A stretch of 64,000 bases of DNA from Acidobacteriota bacterium (lineage in GTDB: Bacteria > Acidobacteriota > UBA890): assembly GCA_965216935.1 (NCBI GenBank), contig OZ244217.1, positions 601,827-665,826 on the forward strand. Direction: 5' to 3'. Each line of letters opens with the position of its first letter. The first letter of the stretch is position 1. The notes below the pieces were generated by a model. That model did no database searches, was not told the DNA's origin, and worked only from the letters and a program-made list of their open reading frames with translations. Below, piece after piece: positions 9,173 through 18,825 of this stretch. A program made the translations under genes and the position numbers.

Positions 9173-10267
9173 GTGACGATGACGACCCCGAGCCCGGGGG
9201 CACGAGTCGGGACGAAGCTGATCGTCCAGATTCCGTGCCACAACGAGGCGGAAGCGCTGGCGGTGACCATCGCCGCGATCCCGCGTGCGATCGACGGCAT
9301 CGATGAGGTCGAGGTCCTCGTCATCGACGACGGTTCCACCGATGAGACGGTGGCCGTCGCCCGGAGCGCCGGTGCCGACCACCTGCTGCAGTTCAAACGT
9401 CGGCGCGGCCTCGCTACCGCGTTTCGCGAGGGCCTGGCAGAGTGCCTGCGGCGGGGCGCGGACATCATCGTCAATACGGACGGCGACAATCAGTACGAGG
9501 GCGGCGACATCCCGCTGTTGGTGGCCCCGATCCTCGAGGGCCGGGCGGACATCGTCGTCGGCGACCGCGACACGTCTTCCTTGGAGCACTTCTCCGCGGT
9601 CAAGAAGATGTTCCAGAAGATCGGCTCCTGGGCGATGCGGCGTCTTTCGGGCACCGATGTCGCCGATGCCCCCAGTGGATTTCGCGCCTACAGCCGCGAC
9701 GCCGCGTTGCGGCTGAACGTCGTGACCGACTTCACCTACACGCTCGAAACCCTCATACAGGCCGGCAAGCGGAAGATGGCCGTGATCGACGTGCCGATCC
9801 GCTCCCATCCGACGCCGCGATCCTCGCGCCTGGCGCGCACGATGGGCCACTACCTGGCACAGGCGGGCGGGGCGATGGCCCGCGCATATGCGCTGTACGA
9901 GCCGCTGAAGATCTTCTCGGTCACGGGTGGGCTGATGATCCTGGTCGGCATCGCCCTCGGTGTCCGCTACCTGTATTTCCGCTACTGGGTCGCGGTCACG
10001 CTCACGGGCATGGTGCAGTCGTTGATTCTCGCCGCCATCCTGCTGATCGTCGGCTTCCTGCTGATGTGCGTCGCGGTGCTCGCCGACCTGCTGGCCACGA
10101 ACCGGCGGTTGCTCGAGGAGAGCCTGTATCGCATCCGCAAGCTCGAGCTCGAGAGCGAGGCGACGCGGAGGAACGGCGGCGCTGACCGGCCCGCCGTTGC
10201 TCCGAGCGGTGAGGACCGGCAGCTCGCGTCGACGGCGCCATCCGCGCACGGCGGCGAGGGGGGGTGA
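9173..10267 (+). CDS. GT2 polyprenyl-phosphate glycosyltransferase (Dpm1/GtrB/ArnC-like) with C-terminal TM helices
   Basis: LIVQIPCHNEAE...VIDDGSTDET...DGDNQ (DXD region) ...DAPSGFRAYSR, then two C-terminal TM segments. Confidence 0.85.
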   Translation: MTMTTPSPGARVGTKLIVQIPCHNEAEALAVTIAAIPRAIDGIDEVEVLVIDDGSTDETVAVARSAGADHLLQFKRRRGLATAFREGLAECLRRGADIIVNTDGDNQYEGGDIPLLVAPILEGRADIVVGDRDTSSLEHFSAVKKMFQKIGSWAMRRLSGTDVADAPSGFRAYSRDAALRLNVVTDFTYTLETLIQAGKRKMAVIDVPIRSHPTPRSSRLARTMGHYLAQAGGAMARAYALYEPLKIFSVTGGLMILVGIALGVRYLYFRYWVAVTLTGMVQSLILAAILLIVGFLLMCVAVLADLLATNRRLLEESLYRIRKLELESEATRRNGGADRPAVAPSGEDRQLASTAPSAHGGEGG

Positions 10268-11130
10268 TCTCGATGCCCTCCGTGAGCATCATCCTGCCGG
10301 CATACAACGAGGAGAGGGTCATCGGCTCGGTGGTTCGCGCGGTCCTCGACGTTGCCGAGGACGACTGGGAGGTCATCGTCGTCGACGACGGCTCGACCGA
10401 CGAAACCGTCGAACGTGCCTCGATCGACGGCGTGGTGGTGATTCGCCATCCCTACAACAAGGGAAACGGCGCCGCCGTGAAGACCGGGCTGCGTGCCGCC
10501 ACCGGCGATCTTGTTTGCCTGATGGACGCCGACGGTCAACACGATCCGGCGCAGATTGCGGACCTGCTCGCGGCCCTCGAGACGTACGATCTCGTCATCG
10601 GCGCCCGCCAGCACGGCGGCGCCGGCGGCATTTTTCGCCGCGTCGGCAACGCCTTCTACAACCGGCTGGCCACCTACCTGTCGACGCAGGAGGTGCTCGA
10701 CCTGACCTCCGGGTTCCGCGCCGCCTGGCGCGACAAGATCCTCGAGTTCATTCCGCTGTTCCCGAACGGTTTCTCTTACCCCACTACCAGCACGCTGGCG
10801 TTCATCAAGGCCGGCTACAACGTCGGCTACGTGCCGATCACCGCTTCCAAGCGGGTCGGCAAGAGCAAGATCCGTCTCTTCCAGGACGGCCCGAAGTTCG
10901 CCGTCATCGTGATGCGCATCATCGTCCTCTTTTCGCCCATGCGGATCTTCCTACCGGCGAGCATCTTGATGTTCATCACGGGGACGATCTACGGCACCTA
11001 CACGGTGATCACCGAGACCGACGTCACCGACGCCACCGTGCTGCTGTTCACGATGAGCCTGGTGACGTTCTTCATCGGCCTGGTGTCGGAGCAAATCGCC
11101 CTGATGCGCTTCGAGCGCCTGCAAAAGTGA
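10264..11130 (+). CDS. GT2 polyprenyl-phosphate glycosyltransferase (Dpm1/GtrB-like), second copy
   Basis: VSIILPAYNEE...VVDDGSTDET...MDADGQHDP...TSGFRAAWR plus C-terminal TM helices. The GTG start overlaps the upstream stop (GTGA). Confidence 0.85.
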   Translation: MISMPSVSIILPAYNEERVIGSVVRAVLDVAEDDWEVIVVDDGSTDETVERASIDGVVVIRHPYNKGNGAAVKTGLRAATGDLVCLMDADGQHDPAQIADLLAALETYDLVIGARQHGGAGGIFRRVGNAFYNRLATYLSTQEVLDLTSGFRAAWRDKILEFIPLFPNGFSYPTTSTLAFIKAGYNVGYVPITASKRVGKSKIRLFQDGPKFAVIVMRIIVLFSPMRIFLPASILMFITGTIYGTYTVITETDVTDATVLLFTMSLVTFFIGLVSEQIALMRFERLQK

Positions 11131-12080
11131 GCACGAGAAGCAAGGGCCCCTTCTGGATGGCGTTCGGGTGGCGGCTCATCGGCGTCGTCCTGCTGGTGCT
11201 CGTCCTCTGGAGAGTCGGTGCCGCGGAGCTCTTCGGCGCGCTGATCAACGTCGACCCGCTGGCGTTCATCGCTGCCGCGGTCCTCGCCACAGCCGTCTTG
11301 ATCGTGCGCTCGATCCGCTGGCGGATCCTGTGCGAGAGCCTGGATATTCACCTATCGATGGGCGAGGCCGTGCGGCTGTACTTGCTGGCGACGTTTTTCG
11401 CGTCGATCACGCCCGGCCGAATCGGCGACCTGGCCAAGGCCTACTACGTGCGCGATCGGCGCGAGCAGGGAGGATTGGCGGCCGGCATCGCCACGGTGGT
11501 CTACGACCGGGTCCTCGATCTCGGCCAGATCGGCGCCCTGTCCCTCGGCGCCATCGTCATCCTTCCGTGGGTGCCGGCGGCGGTCGGCCCGCCGCTGGTG
11601 CTCGCGGCCCTGCTGGGCTTTGTCGCCGGAACCGTCTGGCGTCCGACCCGCGAGGGGCTGCTGGCGCGGCCGTTGAACTGGGCCCTGCGGCGCCTGCCGG
11701 GGGCCGACGGCGAGACCCCGGCCGCGCCGCTCGCACGCCACGTTCTCGCCGCCCAGGCGCTCACCACGGCCAGTCTGGTGGGCGTGGCCGGAGCCAGCGT
11801 CGTGCTTGCCCGGGGACTGTCGATCACCGCCTCGGCATGGTCGCTCTCGGTCCTCGCCGCGCTCGGCACCGTCATCGGGTTGATCCCGATCACCGTTCTG
11901 GGCATCGGCACCCGCGACGCCCTGTACGTCGCCGCGGCCCCGTATCTCGGCGCCACCGCCGAGTCGATGCTGGCCCTGTCGTTGCTGTTGCTGGCCATGT
12001 ACATGTTGAACACCGTTACCGGGTGGGCCGCGTGGTTCCTTTCTCCGCGGCGGGATCGTCGACCTCCGAGCCCGTCCTAG
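11127..12080 (+). CDS. Polytopic membrane protein of the lysyl-phosphatidylglycerol-synthase TM-region ('flippase-like' domain, UPF0104) type
   Basis: About 8 hydrophobic helices with the pattern ...RWRILCESLDIHLSMGEAVRLYLLATFFASITPGRIGDLAKAYYV typical of the MprF N-domain/UPF0104 family. Start GTG 11127 overlaps the upstream stop; an alternative ATG lies at 11157. Confidence 0.6.
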   Translation: MSTRSKGPFWMAFGWRLIGVVLLVLVLWRVGAAELFGALINVDPLAFIAAAVLATAVLIVRSIRWRILCESLDIHLSMGEAVRLYLLATFFASITPGRIGDLAKAYYVRDRREQGGLAAGIATVVYDRVLDLGQIGALSLGAIVILPWVPAAVGPPLVLAALLGFVAGTVWRPTREGLLARPLNWALRRLPGADGETPAAPLARHVLAAQALTTASLVGVAGASVVLARGLSITASAWSLSVLAALGTVIGLIPITVLGIGTRDALYVAAAPYLGATAESMLALSLLLLAMYMLNTVTGWAAWFLSPRRDRRPPSPS

Positions 12081-12165
12081 CAGGCGGCGTTGTGCGTGTC
12101 ATGGGGTTGGTTACGACGAAGTTGAAGCGGCTGCTTGCGAAGGGGAGAGGCTACGGGCCTGGCAG

Positions 12166-13404
12166 ATGAGAATCCTGCACCTGGCAACGACGTACCCGCT
12201 TCATGGCGGCGACAGCAACGCCGCCTTCGTCGAAGCGCTGGTCGAGGGGCTGTGCCGCCGCGGCCACGAGGTGCACGTCTTGCTGCCCTGGCACCCCCGC
12301 CTCGAGCTCGAGCGGGAGGGGCGCTCTGCGGTGCTTCATTCGTTCATGGCCACGCCGTTCAAGAGCTGGCACCCCTGGGGCTACGCCCAGGCGCTGTCCG
12401 CCGATCGATCGCTGCGCTGGGACGCCTATCTCGCCACCCCGTTTGCCGCCTTCTCGGCGGCACGTGCGATGCGCGCGATCATGCGGCGCACCGACGTCGA
12501 CGTCGTGCACGCGAACTGGCTACTTCCGGCCGCCCCGATCGTCAGGTCGGCGCTACGCGGCTCGGACAAACCGATGATCGTGTCGTGCCACGGCAGCGGC
12601 GTGTTTCTGGCGCAGAAGCGTTCGTGGGCGTCGTCCGCGGCACGCTGGGGGTTGCGGCGCTCCGGCGCGGTGACAGCGTGCTCCCGCGACCTTACCCGCC
12701 GGGTGGCGGCGCTGGGCGCCGGCCCGGAGCCGCAGTGGGTTCCGTACGGCGTCGATCTCGAGAACTTCCGTCCCGCCGGCGCGGAAGATCGCCGCCGCCG
12801 GCGTCGCGAGTTGGCCGAGCGGCTGGGCCTGCAACCCGACGCCCCGTGGATCCTGGCGGTCGGTCGGCTCGTCTACAAGAAGGGGTTCGAGTACCTGGTG
12901 CGGTCGATGGCCGATGTACGCGCCCGGGTCCCGGATGCCCAGCTGGTGGTTGCAGGCGACGGGCCGCTCCGGCCGCAGCTCGCCGCCGCCGCAGCGGAAA
13001 CCGGCGTGACCGACGCCGTGCACCTGGTCGGCGCCGTCGCACACGCCGATCTCCCCGCCCTGTACAGCGCCGCCGATATCGTCGCGGTTCCCTCGGTCCA
13101 CGGACCCGGTGGCAACGTCGACGGCCTTCCGAACGTGTTTCTCGAGGGCCTGGCGAGCGGCACCGCGGTGGTCGCGAGTCGCATCGCCGGAATTCCCGAC
13201 ATCGGCCGCGACGGCGAGACCGTCGTGCTGGTCGGCGAGGGGGACATCCCGGGTCTTGCCGACGCCATCGCCGGGTTGCTCGAGGATCCCGCCCGACGGG
13301 AAGCGTTGGGGAAGGCGGCCCGGGCGGACGCGGAAGACCGGCTCGGGTGGGATCACGTTGCGGCCCGATTCGAGAGCCTCTACCAGGAGCTGGAGCGGCC
13401 ATGA
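12166..13404 (+). CDS. Glycosyltransferase family 1 (GT4)
   Basis: MRILHLATTYPLHGGDSNAAF...GLPNVFLEGLASGTAVVASRIAGIPD, GT-B signatures. Confidence 0.88.
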   Translation: MRILHLATTYPLHGGDSNAAFVEALVEGLCRRGHEVHVLLPWHPRLELEREGRSAVLHSFMATPFKSWHPWGYAQALSADRSLRWDAYLATPFAAFSAARAMRAIMRRTDVDVVHANWLLPAAPIVRSALRGSDKPMIVSCHGSGVFLAQKRSWASSAARWGLRRSGAVTACSRDLTRRVAALGAGPEPQWVPYGVDLENFRPAGAEDRRRRRRELAERLGLQPDAPWILAVGRLVYKKGFEYLVRSMADVRARVPDAQLVVAGDGPLRPQLAAAAAETGVTDAVHLVGAVAHADLPALYSAADIVAVPSVHGPGGNVDGLPNVFLEGLASGTAVVASRIAGIPDIGRDGETVVLVGEGDIPGLADAIAGLLEDPARREALGKAARADAEDRLGWDHVAARFESLYQELERP

Positions 13405-14660
13405 GCGTCGATGACGCGGCCCCCGTGCGTCCCGCATCGGCCGGTGGAGCGAGCCGCGACCGTAGCCTGACGCAGCAGGTCGATGACAGCGCCAAACGCA
13501 TCGACTTCGTCTTTCCCCGCTTCAAGCTCCTCTCCGGAGCGGAACGCGCCATTCTCGGCCTCGCCGAAGCGCTCGTGCGCGGTGGACACGCGGTCCGGAT
13601 CGTGTGCCATCAGTTCGACGATTCGTGCCGACCCCGGCTGGCCGACGGTGTCGAGTTGGTGGTCTCCGGTGCGCGGCTGGACTTCTCCCGGAATCGTTAC
13701 GTGAACGCCGTATTCGACTACGGCCGGACGCTCAAGCTCGGGCGGCTTCTCGACCCGGAAGCCGACGCTCGGGTTCACTTCGGCCCGGCGCTGTTGCTGG
13801 CGCGACGACATCTGAAGCGGAGCCGGGCGGCCGGTATCCCGTCGATCTACTACTGCTGGGAGCCGCCGCGGGTCCTGTATCAGGACAGGGGCGAGGTGCT
13901 CGATCGCCTCGGTTGGCTGCGCTGGCCGATGGCGGCAGCGCTCGCCGTGTACGCCGGCGTCGATCGTCGCATGGTCATGGCTGTGGACCAGGTCGTGACG
14001 TCGAGCCCGTTCGCGGCCCGCCGGATCGAAGAGATCTACGGACGCCCGGCCGGGGTGATCACCCTGGGAATCGATCGCCGACGGCTCGACGCCGCACGAG
14101 AGCGGCAGCCCGCCGACCCGCCGCGGTTGTTGACCGTCAACTACCTGCACCCGCGGAAGCGGGTCGACCTGATCGTTCGGGGTGCGGCAGAGCTCGACGG
14201 GCAACTCGTGGCGGCCGCCCCGGTGCTGACGATCGTCGGGGACGGCCCGGAAAAGGATCGGCTGAAGGAGCTGGCGAAGGAGCTCGGCATCGCCGATCGG
14301 GTGGTGTTCGCCGGCTTCGTTCCCGACGAGGAGCTGCCACGCTACTACGGCGAGGCGACCTGCTACGTTCACGCCACCCGTGACGAATCGTTCGGCCTCT
14401 CGGTGATCGAAGCGTCGTACTGCGGATTGCCCGTCGTTGCCGTCGACGAAGGCGGCGTGAAGGACACCGTCGAGGACGGCACGACGGGGTATCGTGTGGC
14501 AGCCACGCCGGCATCGATCGCGGCAGGGATCGCGCGTGTGCTGGCCTCGCCCGATCGTGGCAAAGGCTTGGGGGAGGCGGGGCGGCGGAACATCGATGCC
14601 CGTTTTCGCTGGAGTCGCGGTGCCGAGGATCTTCTCGAGGCGGCGCGAAGCAAGGGGTGA
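13401..14660 (+). CDS. Glycosyltransferase family 1 (GT4)
   Basis: ATG 13401 overlaps the upstream stop (ATGA). C-terminal ESFGLSVIEASYCGLPVVAVDEGGVKDTV is an EX7E motif. The 841-aa ORF in the track is a frame artefact upstream of this start. Confidence 0.85.
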   Translation: MSVDDAAPVRPASAGGASRDRSLTQQVDDSAKRIDFVFPRFKLLSGAERAILGLAEALVRGGHAVRIVCHQFDDSCRPRLADGVELVVSGARLDFSRNRYVNAVFDYGRTLKLGRLLDPEADARVHFGPALLLARRHLKRSRAAGIPSIYYCWEPPRVLYQDRGEVLDRLGWLRWPMAAALAVYAGVDRRMVMAVDQVVTSSPFAARRIEEIYGRPAGVITLGIDRRRLDAARERQPADPPRLLTVNYLHPRKRVDLIVRGAAELDGQLVAAAPVLTIVGDGPEKDRLKELAKELGIADRVVFAGFVPDEELPRYYGEATCYVHATRDESFGLSVIEASYCGLPVVAVDEGGVKDTVEDGTTGYRVAATPASIAAGIARVLASPDRGKGLGEAGRRNIDARFRWSRGAEDLLEAARSKG

Positions 14661-14670
14661 TAGGGGACGG

Positions 14671-16110
14671 ATGGTCAGGGAGCGGTTGACGAGCCCCGGG
14701 CGGCGGCGTTTCGGGGAGTGGGGCGTGCCCTTGTTGCTGGGGCTGGCGGCGCTGGTGTTGTTCACGCCGCGCATCTACGGCGCCGACGAGATCAAGCTGT
14801 TCGCCCCCTTACGCTCGCTGTACTTCGACGGCGACCTGCACTACGAAAACGAATACACCTACTTCATCGACGCGGATCCGGTGGCGCACGCCGGGCTGGT
14901 CGCCTATCGCGACGCGGTGACGTCGACCGGGTACCGGCTCAACGACGGAACCATCGGCTCGGCGCTCTTGTGGTCGCCCTTCTACGTTGCCGCGGACATC
15001 GGGGTGATGGTTACCGGCTGGTTCGGTTCGGAGGTGCCGCGGGACGGATACAGCGCGCCGTACGTCTGGGCGGTGTGTTTGGGGTCCCTTTTCTGGGGCA
15101 CGGCCGGGTTGTTCATTACCTACCGCCTGTGCCGCGAGTATGCCGACGCCGCCTCCTCCACGGCGGCCCTGGTGGGCATCTGGTTCGCCACTCCGGTGGT
15201 CTTCTACCTGTACATCACACCACCGATGGGCCACGCGAACTCGCTGTTCGCCGTCTCGCTGTTCATCTTCATCTGGTTGCACACGCGCGAGGAGCGACAG
15301 GCATGGGAGTGGGCCGCGCTCGGGGCGAGCGCCGGGCTGATGGTCATCGTCCGCGAGCTCAACGGTGTGTTCCTGCTCGCCCCGGTCATCGATGAGCTGG
15401 GGGAGGCCTGGGACGCTTTCCGCGTCGCTCGCGTCGAGAGCGCACTCGACTCGCGCGGGTTGATCGTCACCTGGTGGGACCGGTTCAAGCCGCGGGTCTC
15501 CGGGTACGCCCTCTTGCTCGTGCCGTTCCTCATCGTCGTGGCACCGCAGTTCCTCGTCTATCGGATCACACACGGCACCTTCGGGCCTTCCGAGGTGGTG
15601 CTGGTGAAGTTCTCCAGCTTTCCGATCCACGCCATCGACGTGCTTTTCTCCGGGTTCCATGGGCTCTTCTCGTGGTCGCCGATCACCCTGATCGGCGTCC
15701 TCGGATTGCTCGCCCTGGCGCGCCGCAACCGCCGCGTGGCGCTGGCGCTGTTCGCCGTCTTCGCCGCCCAGGTGTGGGTGATCGGCTCGTATGACACCTG
15801 GTGGGCCGGCGCGTCCTTCGGCGCCCGGCGCTTCATCAACTGCATGCCGATCTTCGCCATGGGCCTGGCGCTGTTGCTCGACGGATTGCGCCAGCCGGCC
15901 CATCGGCTCGCCGTCGGCGGCATCGTCATGCTGATCTTCTGGAACTTCGGCCTCGCCATCCAGTACGGCACCGGCATCATCCCGCGAGACCAGCCGGTCG
16001 AGATGCGGACAATCGTTCGCAACCAGGTGCTGGAGGTTCCACCGCGGTTGTTCGAGGTCGCCTGGCGTTTCGTCACCGACCGCTCGTCGTTTTACCAGAC
16101 CCGCTCATGA
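14671..16110 (+). CDS. Polytopic membrane protein (about 11 predicted TM helices), GT-C-like (PMT/ArnT-type) glycosyltransferase candidate
   Basis: First extracytoplasmic loop carries an acidic motif (YGADEIKLF...YFDGDLHYENEYTY) reminiscent of the GT-C DE/DxD catalytic loops. Hydrophobic throughout. Confidence 0.5.
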   Translation: MVRERLTSPGRRRFGEWGVPLLLGLAALVLFTPRIYGADEIKLFAPLRSLYFDGDLHYENEYTYFIDADPVAHAGLVAYRDAVTSTGYRLNDGTIGSALLWSPFYVAADIGVMVTGWFGSEVPRDGYSAPYVWAVCLGSLFWGTAGLFITYRLCREYADAASSTAALVGIWFATPVVFYLYITPPMGHANSLFAVSLFIFIWLHTREERQAWEWAALGASAGLMVIVRELNGVFLLAPVIDELGEAWDAFRVARVESALDSRGLIVTWWDRFKPRVSGYALLLVPFLIVVAPQFLVYRITHGTFGPSEVVLVKFSSFPIHAIDVLFSGFHGLFSWSPITLIGVLGLLALARRNRRVALALFAVFAAQVWVIGSYDTWWAGASFGARRFINCMPIFAMGLALLLDGLRQPAHRLAVGGIVMLIFWNFGLAIQYGTGIIPRDQPVEMRTIVRNQVLEVPPRLFEVAWRFVTDRSSFYQTRS

Positions 16111-17474
16111 CCGACTCTGCGGCGGGCGCTGCGGCGGGCGCTGCCGGCGACGGGGCGTCGCCGACCGGCGAGCTGGCAGTGCTCCTGGTGACCGACGTCT
16201 ACCCGCCGGGGTGCGGGGGCAGCGGCTGGTCGACGCACGCGCTGGCACAGACGCTGTCGACCCGCGGCCATCCGGTCGAGGTCGTCGGCATGGATCCCGC
16301 CTCGACCGGCCTGACCCAGCGGGTCTTCGAGGGTATTCGCATTACCGAGGTCGGCGTACGCGCGGCGCGCCGAAGCCCGTTGCGGCGCTGGGGGCGGCAG
16401 GACTACGCCCACCGCGCCCTGCAGCTGTATCTCGAGATGCGCCTACGCGACGATCCGTCGGTTGGTCTGGTCCACGCCCAGCATCTCCACAGCGGGCCGC
16501 CCGCGGTGGCGGCTGCCGCGACGTGTGGGCGGGCTTCGATCGTGACCCTACGCGACTACTGGCCGGTTTGCCTGCACGGGACTTCATGGTGGGGCGGCAA
16601 GGAGTGTCCCGGATGCAGCACCGCGGACCTCGTCGGTTGTCTGGGCGAGTATCGTGGTTGGCCGACGCCGATCGCACGCGCGATGGTGCCGTGGGTGCGA
16701 CGTCGGCTGGACGAGCGTCGTGCCGGAATCGCGCCGGCCGGTCGGCTGATCACCGTGAGCGACTGGGTGCGGCAGCGCATCGAGCGCGAGGCCCCCCAGG
16801 CCCGTTACGTCGTGTTGCCGAACATGGTCGACCCGGCCACGGCCCGTGCGGCCGCCGCCGCGGCGGCACCGGTCGAGCTGCCGTTTTCGGGCGACTACCT
16901 GATGGCGGCGGGGAAGCTCGTCGCCACCAAGGGATTCGACCGCATGCTCGCGGCGTTGGCCGAGGCCGACAGCCGGCTCCCGGTCGTCATCGCGGGTACC
17001 GGTTCTGCGGGCGACCGCTTGCGACGACAGGCCGAAGAGCTGCCTTTCGAGGTCTTCTTCCCCGGTTGGGTGGGGCACGACAGCTTGCTCCGCGCGATCT
17101 CAGAGGCGCGGGCGTTCCTGCTCCCGAGCGCCTGGAACGAGCCGCTGTCGCGGCTCCTGCTCGAGGCGATGGCAGTCGGTGTGCCGGTGATCACCTGGCG
17201 GAGCGGCGGCAACCCGGAGCACCTCGAGTCGGGTGTCGACGCGTTTGTCGTCGACGATGCCGGTGACCTGCGGCGCGCGCTGCAGCACCTCGCCGATCCC
17301 GGCCGCGCCGCGGAAATGGGTGCCGCCGGCGCACGGCGCGCCGGCGAGCGATTCTCGCCGGATGCGGTGTACCCCCGGCTGATGGAGGCGTACCGCGACG
17401 CTCTGGCCGAGGTTGGGAGGCCAGGTCTACCGGCTCCGGCGGCCACCCCGCCGGCAAAGCCGCCGGCCGGATGA
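16107..17474 (+). CDS. Glycosyltransferase family 1 (GT4)
   Basis: VLLVTDVYPPGCGGSGWSTH...EPLSRLLLEAMAVGVPVITWRSGGNPE. ATG overlaps the upstream stop (ATGA). Confidence 0.85.
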   Translation: MTDSAAGAAAGAAGDGASPTGELAVLLVTDVYPPGCGGSGWSTHALAQTLSTRGHPVEVVGMDPASTGLTQRVFEGIRITEVGVRAARRSPLRRWGRQDYAHRALQLYLEMRLRDDPSVGLVHAQHLHSGPPAVAAAATCGRASIVTLRDYWPVCLHGTSWWGGKECPGCSTADLVGCLGEYRGWPTPIARAMVPWVRRRLDERRAGIAPAGRLITVSDWVRQRIEREAPQARYVVLPNMVDPATARAAAAAAAPVELPFSGDYLMAAGKLVATKGFDRMLAALAEADSRLPVVIAGTGSAGDRLRRQAEELPFEVFFPGWVGHDSLLRAISEARAFLLPSAWNEPLSRLLLEAMAVGVPVITWRSGGNPEHLESGVDAFVVDDAGDLRRALQHLADPGRAAEMGAAGARRAGERFSPDAVYPRLMEAYRDALAEVGRPGLPAPAATPPAKPPAG

Positions 17475-18706
17475 GCGGCCCGCCGATGCGTGTCGTCATG
17501 GTGTCCCGGCGCGTCCATCCGGCGCACGGACCCGGAGGGATGGAACGCAAGGTCTTCGACCTGGCAGTGCGCCTCGGTCGCGCCGGGGTCGAAGTCGAGC
17601 TGTTCAGCGAGACCCCCGCCGACCCGGCGCGGGCGACAGCCGCCGCGGCCGAGATGCCGCCCGGCGTGATCCTCGAGTGGGTGCCGGGTCGCTGGCTTCC
17701 GATCGGGGATCGTACCGGCACGATCGTGCTCGATCGGATCACGAACTACCCGATGTGGGCCCGTCGCGCCGGCCGCTGGGTGCGCGATTCTCGCGACGCG
17801 GCTCCCACCGTCGTGCACGCACACGGCCTGGCGGCGTGGGGCTTTGTCGGCATCGACGTCGGGGCGCCGCTGGCAATGTCGGTGGAGGGCCTGGAGGAGT
17901 TCGAGGCGCCGGCCGGGTTGAAGCGGCTGGCGTACGCGCCGTTCCGGCGGCGTATGCGACGGGGGGCCGCCGCGGCGGATGTCGTGATTGCCACGGACCG
18001 GGCTCTCCAACCCGTGGTCGAACGACGCCTCGGGATCCCTGTTTCCGAGCAGGCGATGATTCCCAACGCCGTCGATCCGGAAGCCTGTCGCGCCCTGGGA
18101 GATGCCACCCGAGGGCGCGCCTTGCTTGCCGAGCTGGGCATTGAAGGCTCCGGGCCGGTGCTGCTCTCGGTGGGGCGGCTGGAGGCGAACAAGGGCTTCG
18201 ATGTGCTCGCACGCGCGCTTGCGGCGGCCGGCGATGATCTCGCCCCGGGGTGGGCGTGGGTCCTCGTCGGCGACGGCCCGGAGAACGCTTCGATTCAGGC
18301 GGCGATCCGGTCAGCGGGCATCGCGTCGAGCACGGTGATGGCCGGAAGGCTCTCTGATACCGAGCTCCACAGCCTCGCCGCCGCAGCGGATTGGTTCGTC
18401 CACCCGACACTTTTCGAGGGCTCGAGCCTGGTTTCGCTCGAGGCCATGGCGCATGGCTTGCCATTGATCGCTTCCAACGCCGGCGGGCTTCCCGACAAGG
18501 TGCTCGACGGGGAGAGCGGCTTTCTCGTGCCGCCGGGAGACGTCGATGCGTTGGCCGGAGCTCTGGCTCGCATCGCCGCCGTCGACGGAAAGGCGATGGG
18601 GTCGGTGGGTCGTCGCCGGTGCGAGGAGCTGTTCAGCTGGGATACCGTCATCGGTCGCTATGTCGACCTGTACCGGTCGCTGGCGGAGGCGAGCAGGCCG
18701 CGGTGA
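17471..18706 (+). CDS. Glycosyltransferase family 1 (GT4)
   Basis: MRVVMVSRRVHPAHGPGGMERKV...FEGSSLVSLEAMAHGLPLIASNAGGLPD. ATG overlaps the upstream stop (ATGA). Confidence 0.85.
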   Translation: MSGPPMRVVMVSRRVHPAHGPGGMERKVFDLAVRLGRAGVEVELFSETPADPARATAAAAEMPPGVILEWVPGRWLPIGDRTGTIVLDRITNYPMWARRAGRWVRDSRDAAPTVVHAHGLAAWGFVGIDVGAPLAMSVEGLEEFEAPAGLKRLAYAPFRRRMRRGAAAADVVIATDRALQPVVERRLGIPVSEQAMIPNAVDPEACRALGDATRGRALLAELGIEGSGPVLLSVGRLEANKGFDVLARALAAAGDDLAPGWAWVLVGDGPENASIQAAIRSAGIASSTVMAGRLSDTELHSLAAAADWFVHPTLFEGSSLVSLEAMAHGLPLIASNAGGLPDKVLDGESGFLVPPGDVDALAGALARIAAVDGKAMGSVGRRRCEELFSWDTVIGRYVDLYRSLAEASRPR

Positions 18707-18825
18707 AAGTGTGAGGGTTCCGGCCACGAGGACCCGAGGCTGAAGGTGGCCTGGGTGCCCGACCGCGTCGCCTCGGCCGTTGTCGGGCGGGCAGGCTCGC
18801 GGCGGCCATCCTGGTAGACTTCTCC

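Noticed and set aside
12135-14660. 841-aa ORF and other track ORFs with long N-terminal extensions (3317-5083, 10197-12080, 14494-16110, 15801-17474, 55490-56536, 57277-59826, 59852-63139).
   Set aside because: The upstream parts are out-of-context junk that overlaps the preceding gene. In each case an internal start with an RBS or a stop/start overlap gives a protein matching the family length, so I trimmed to those starts.
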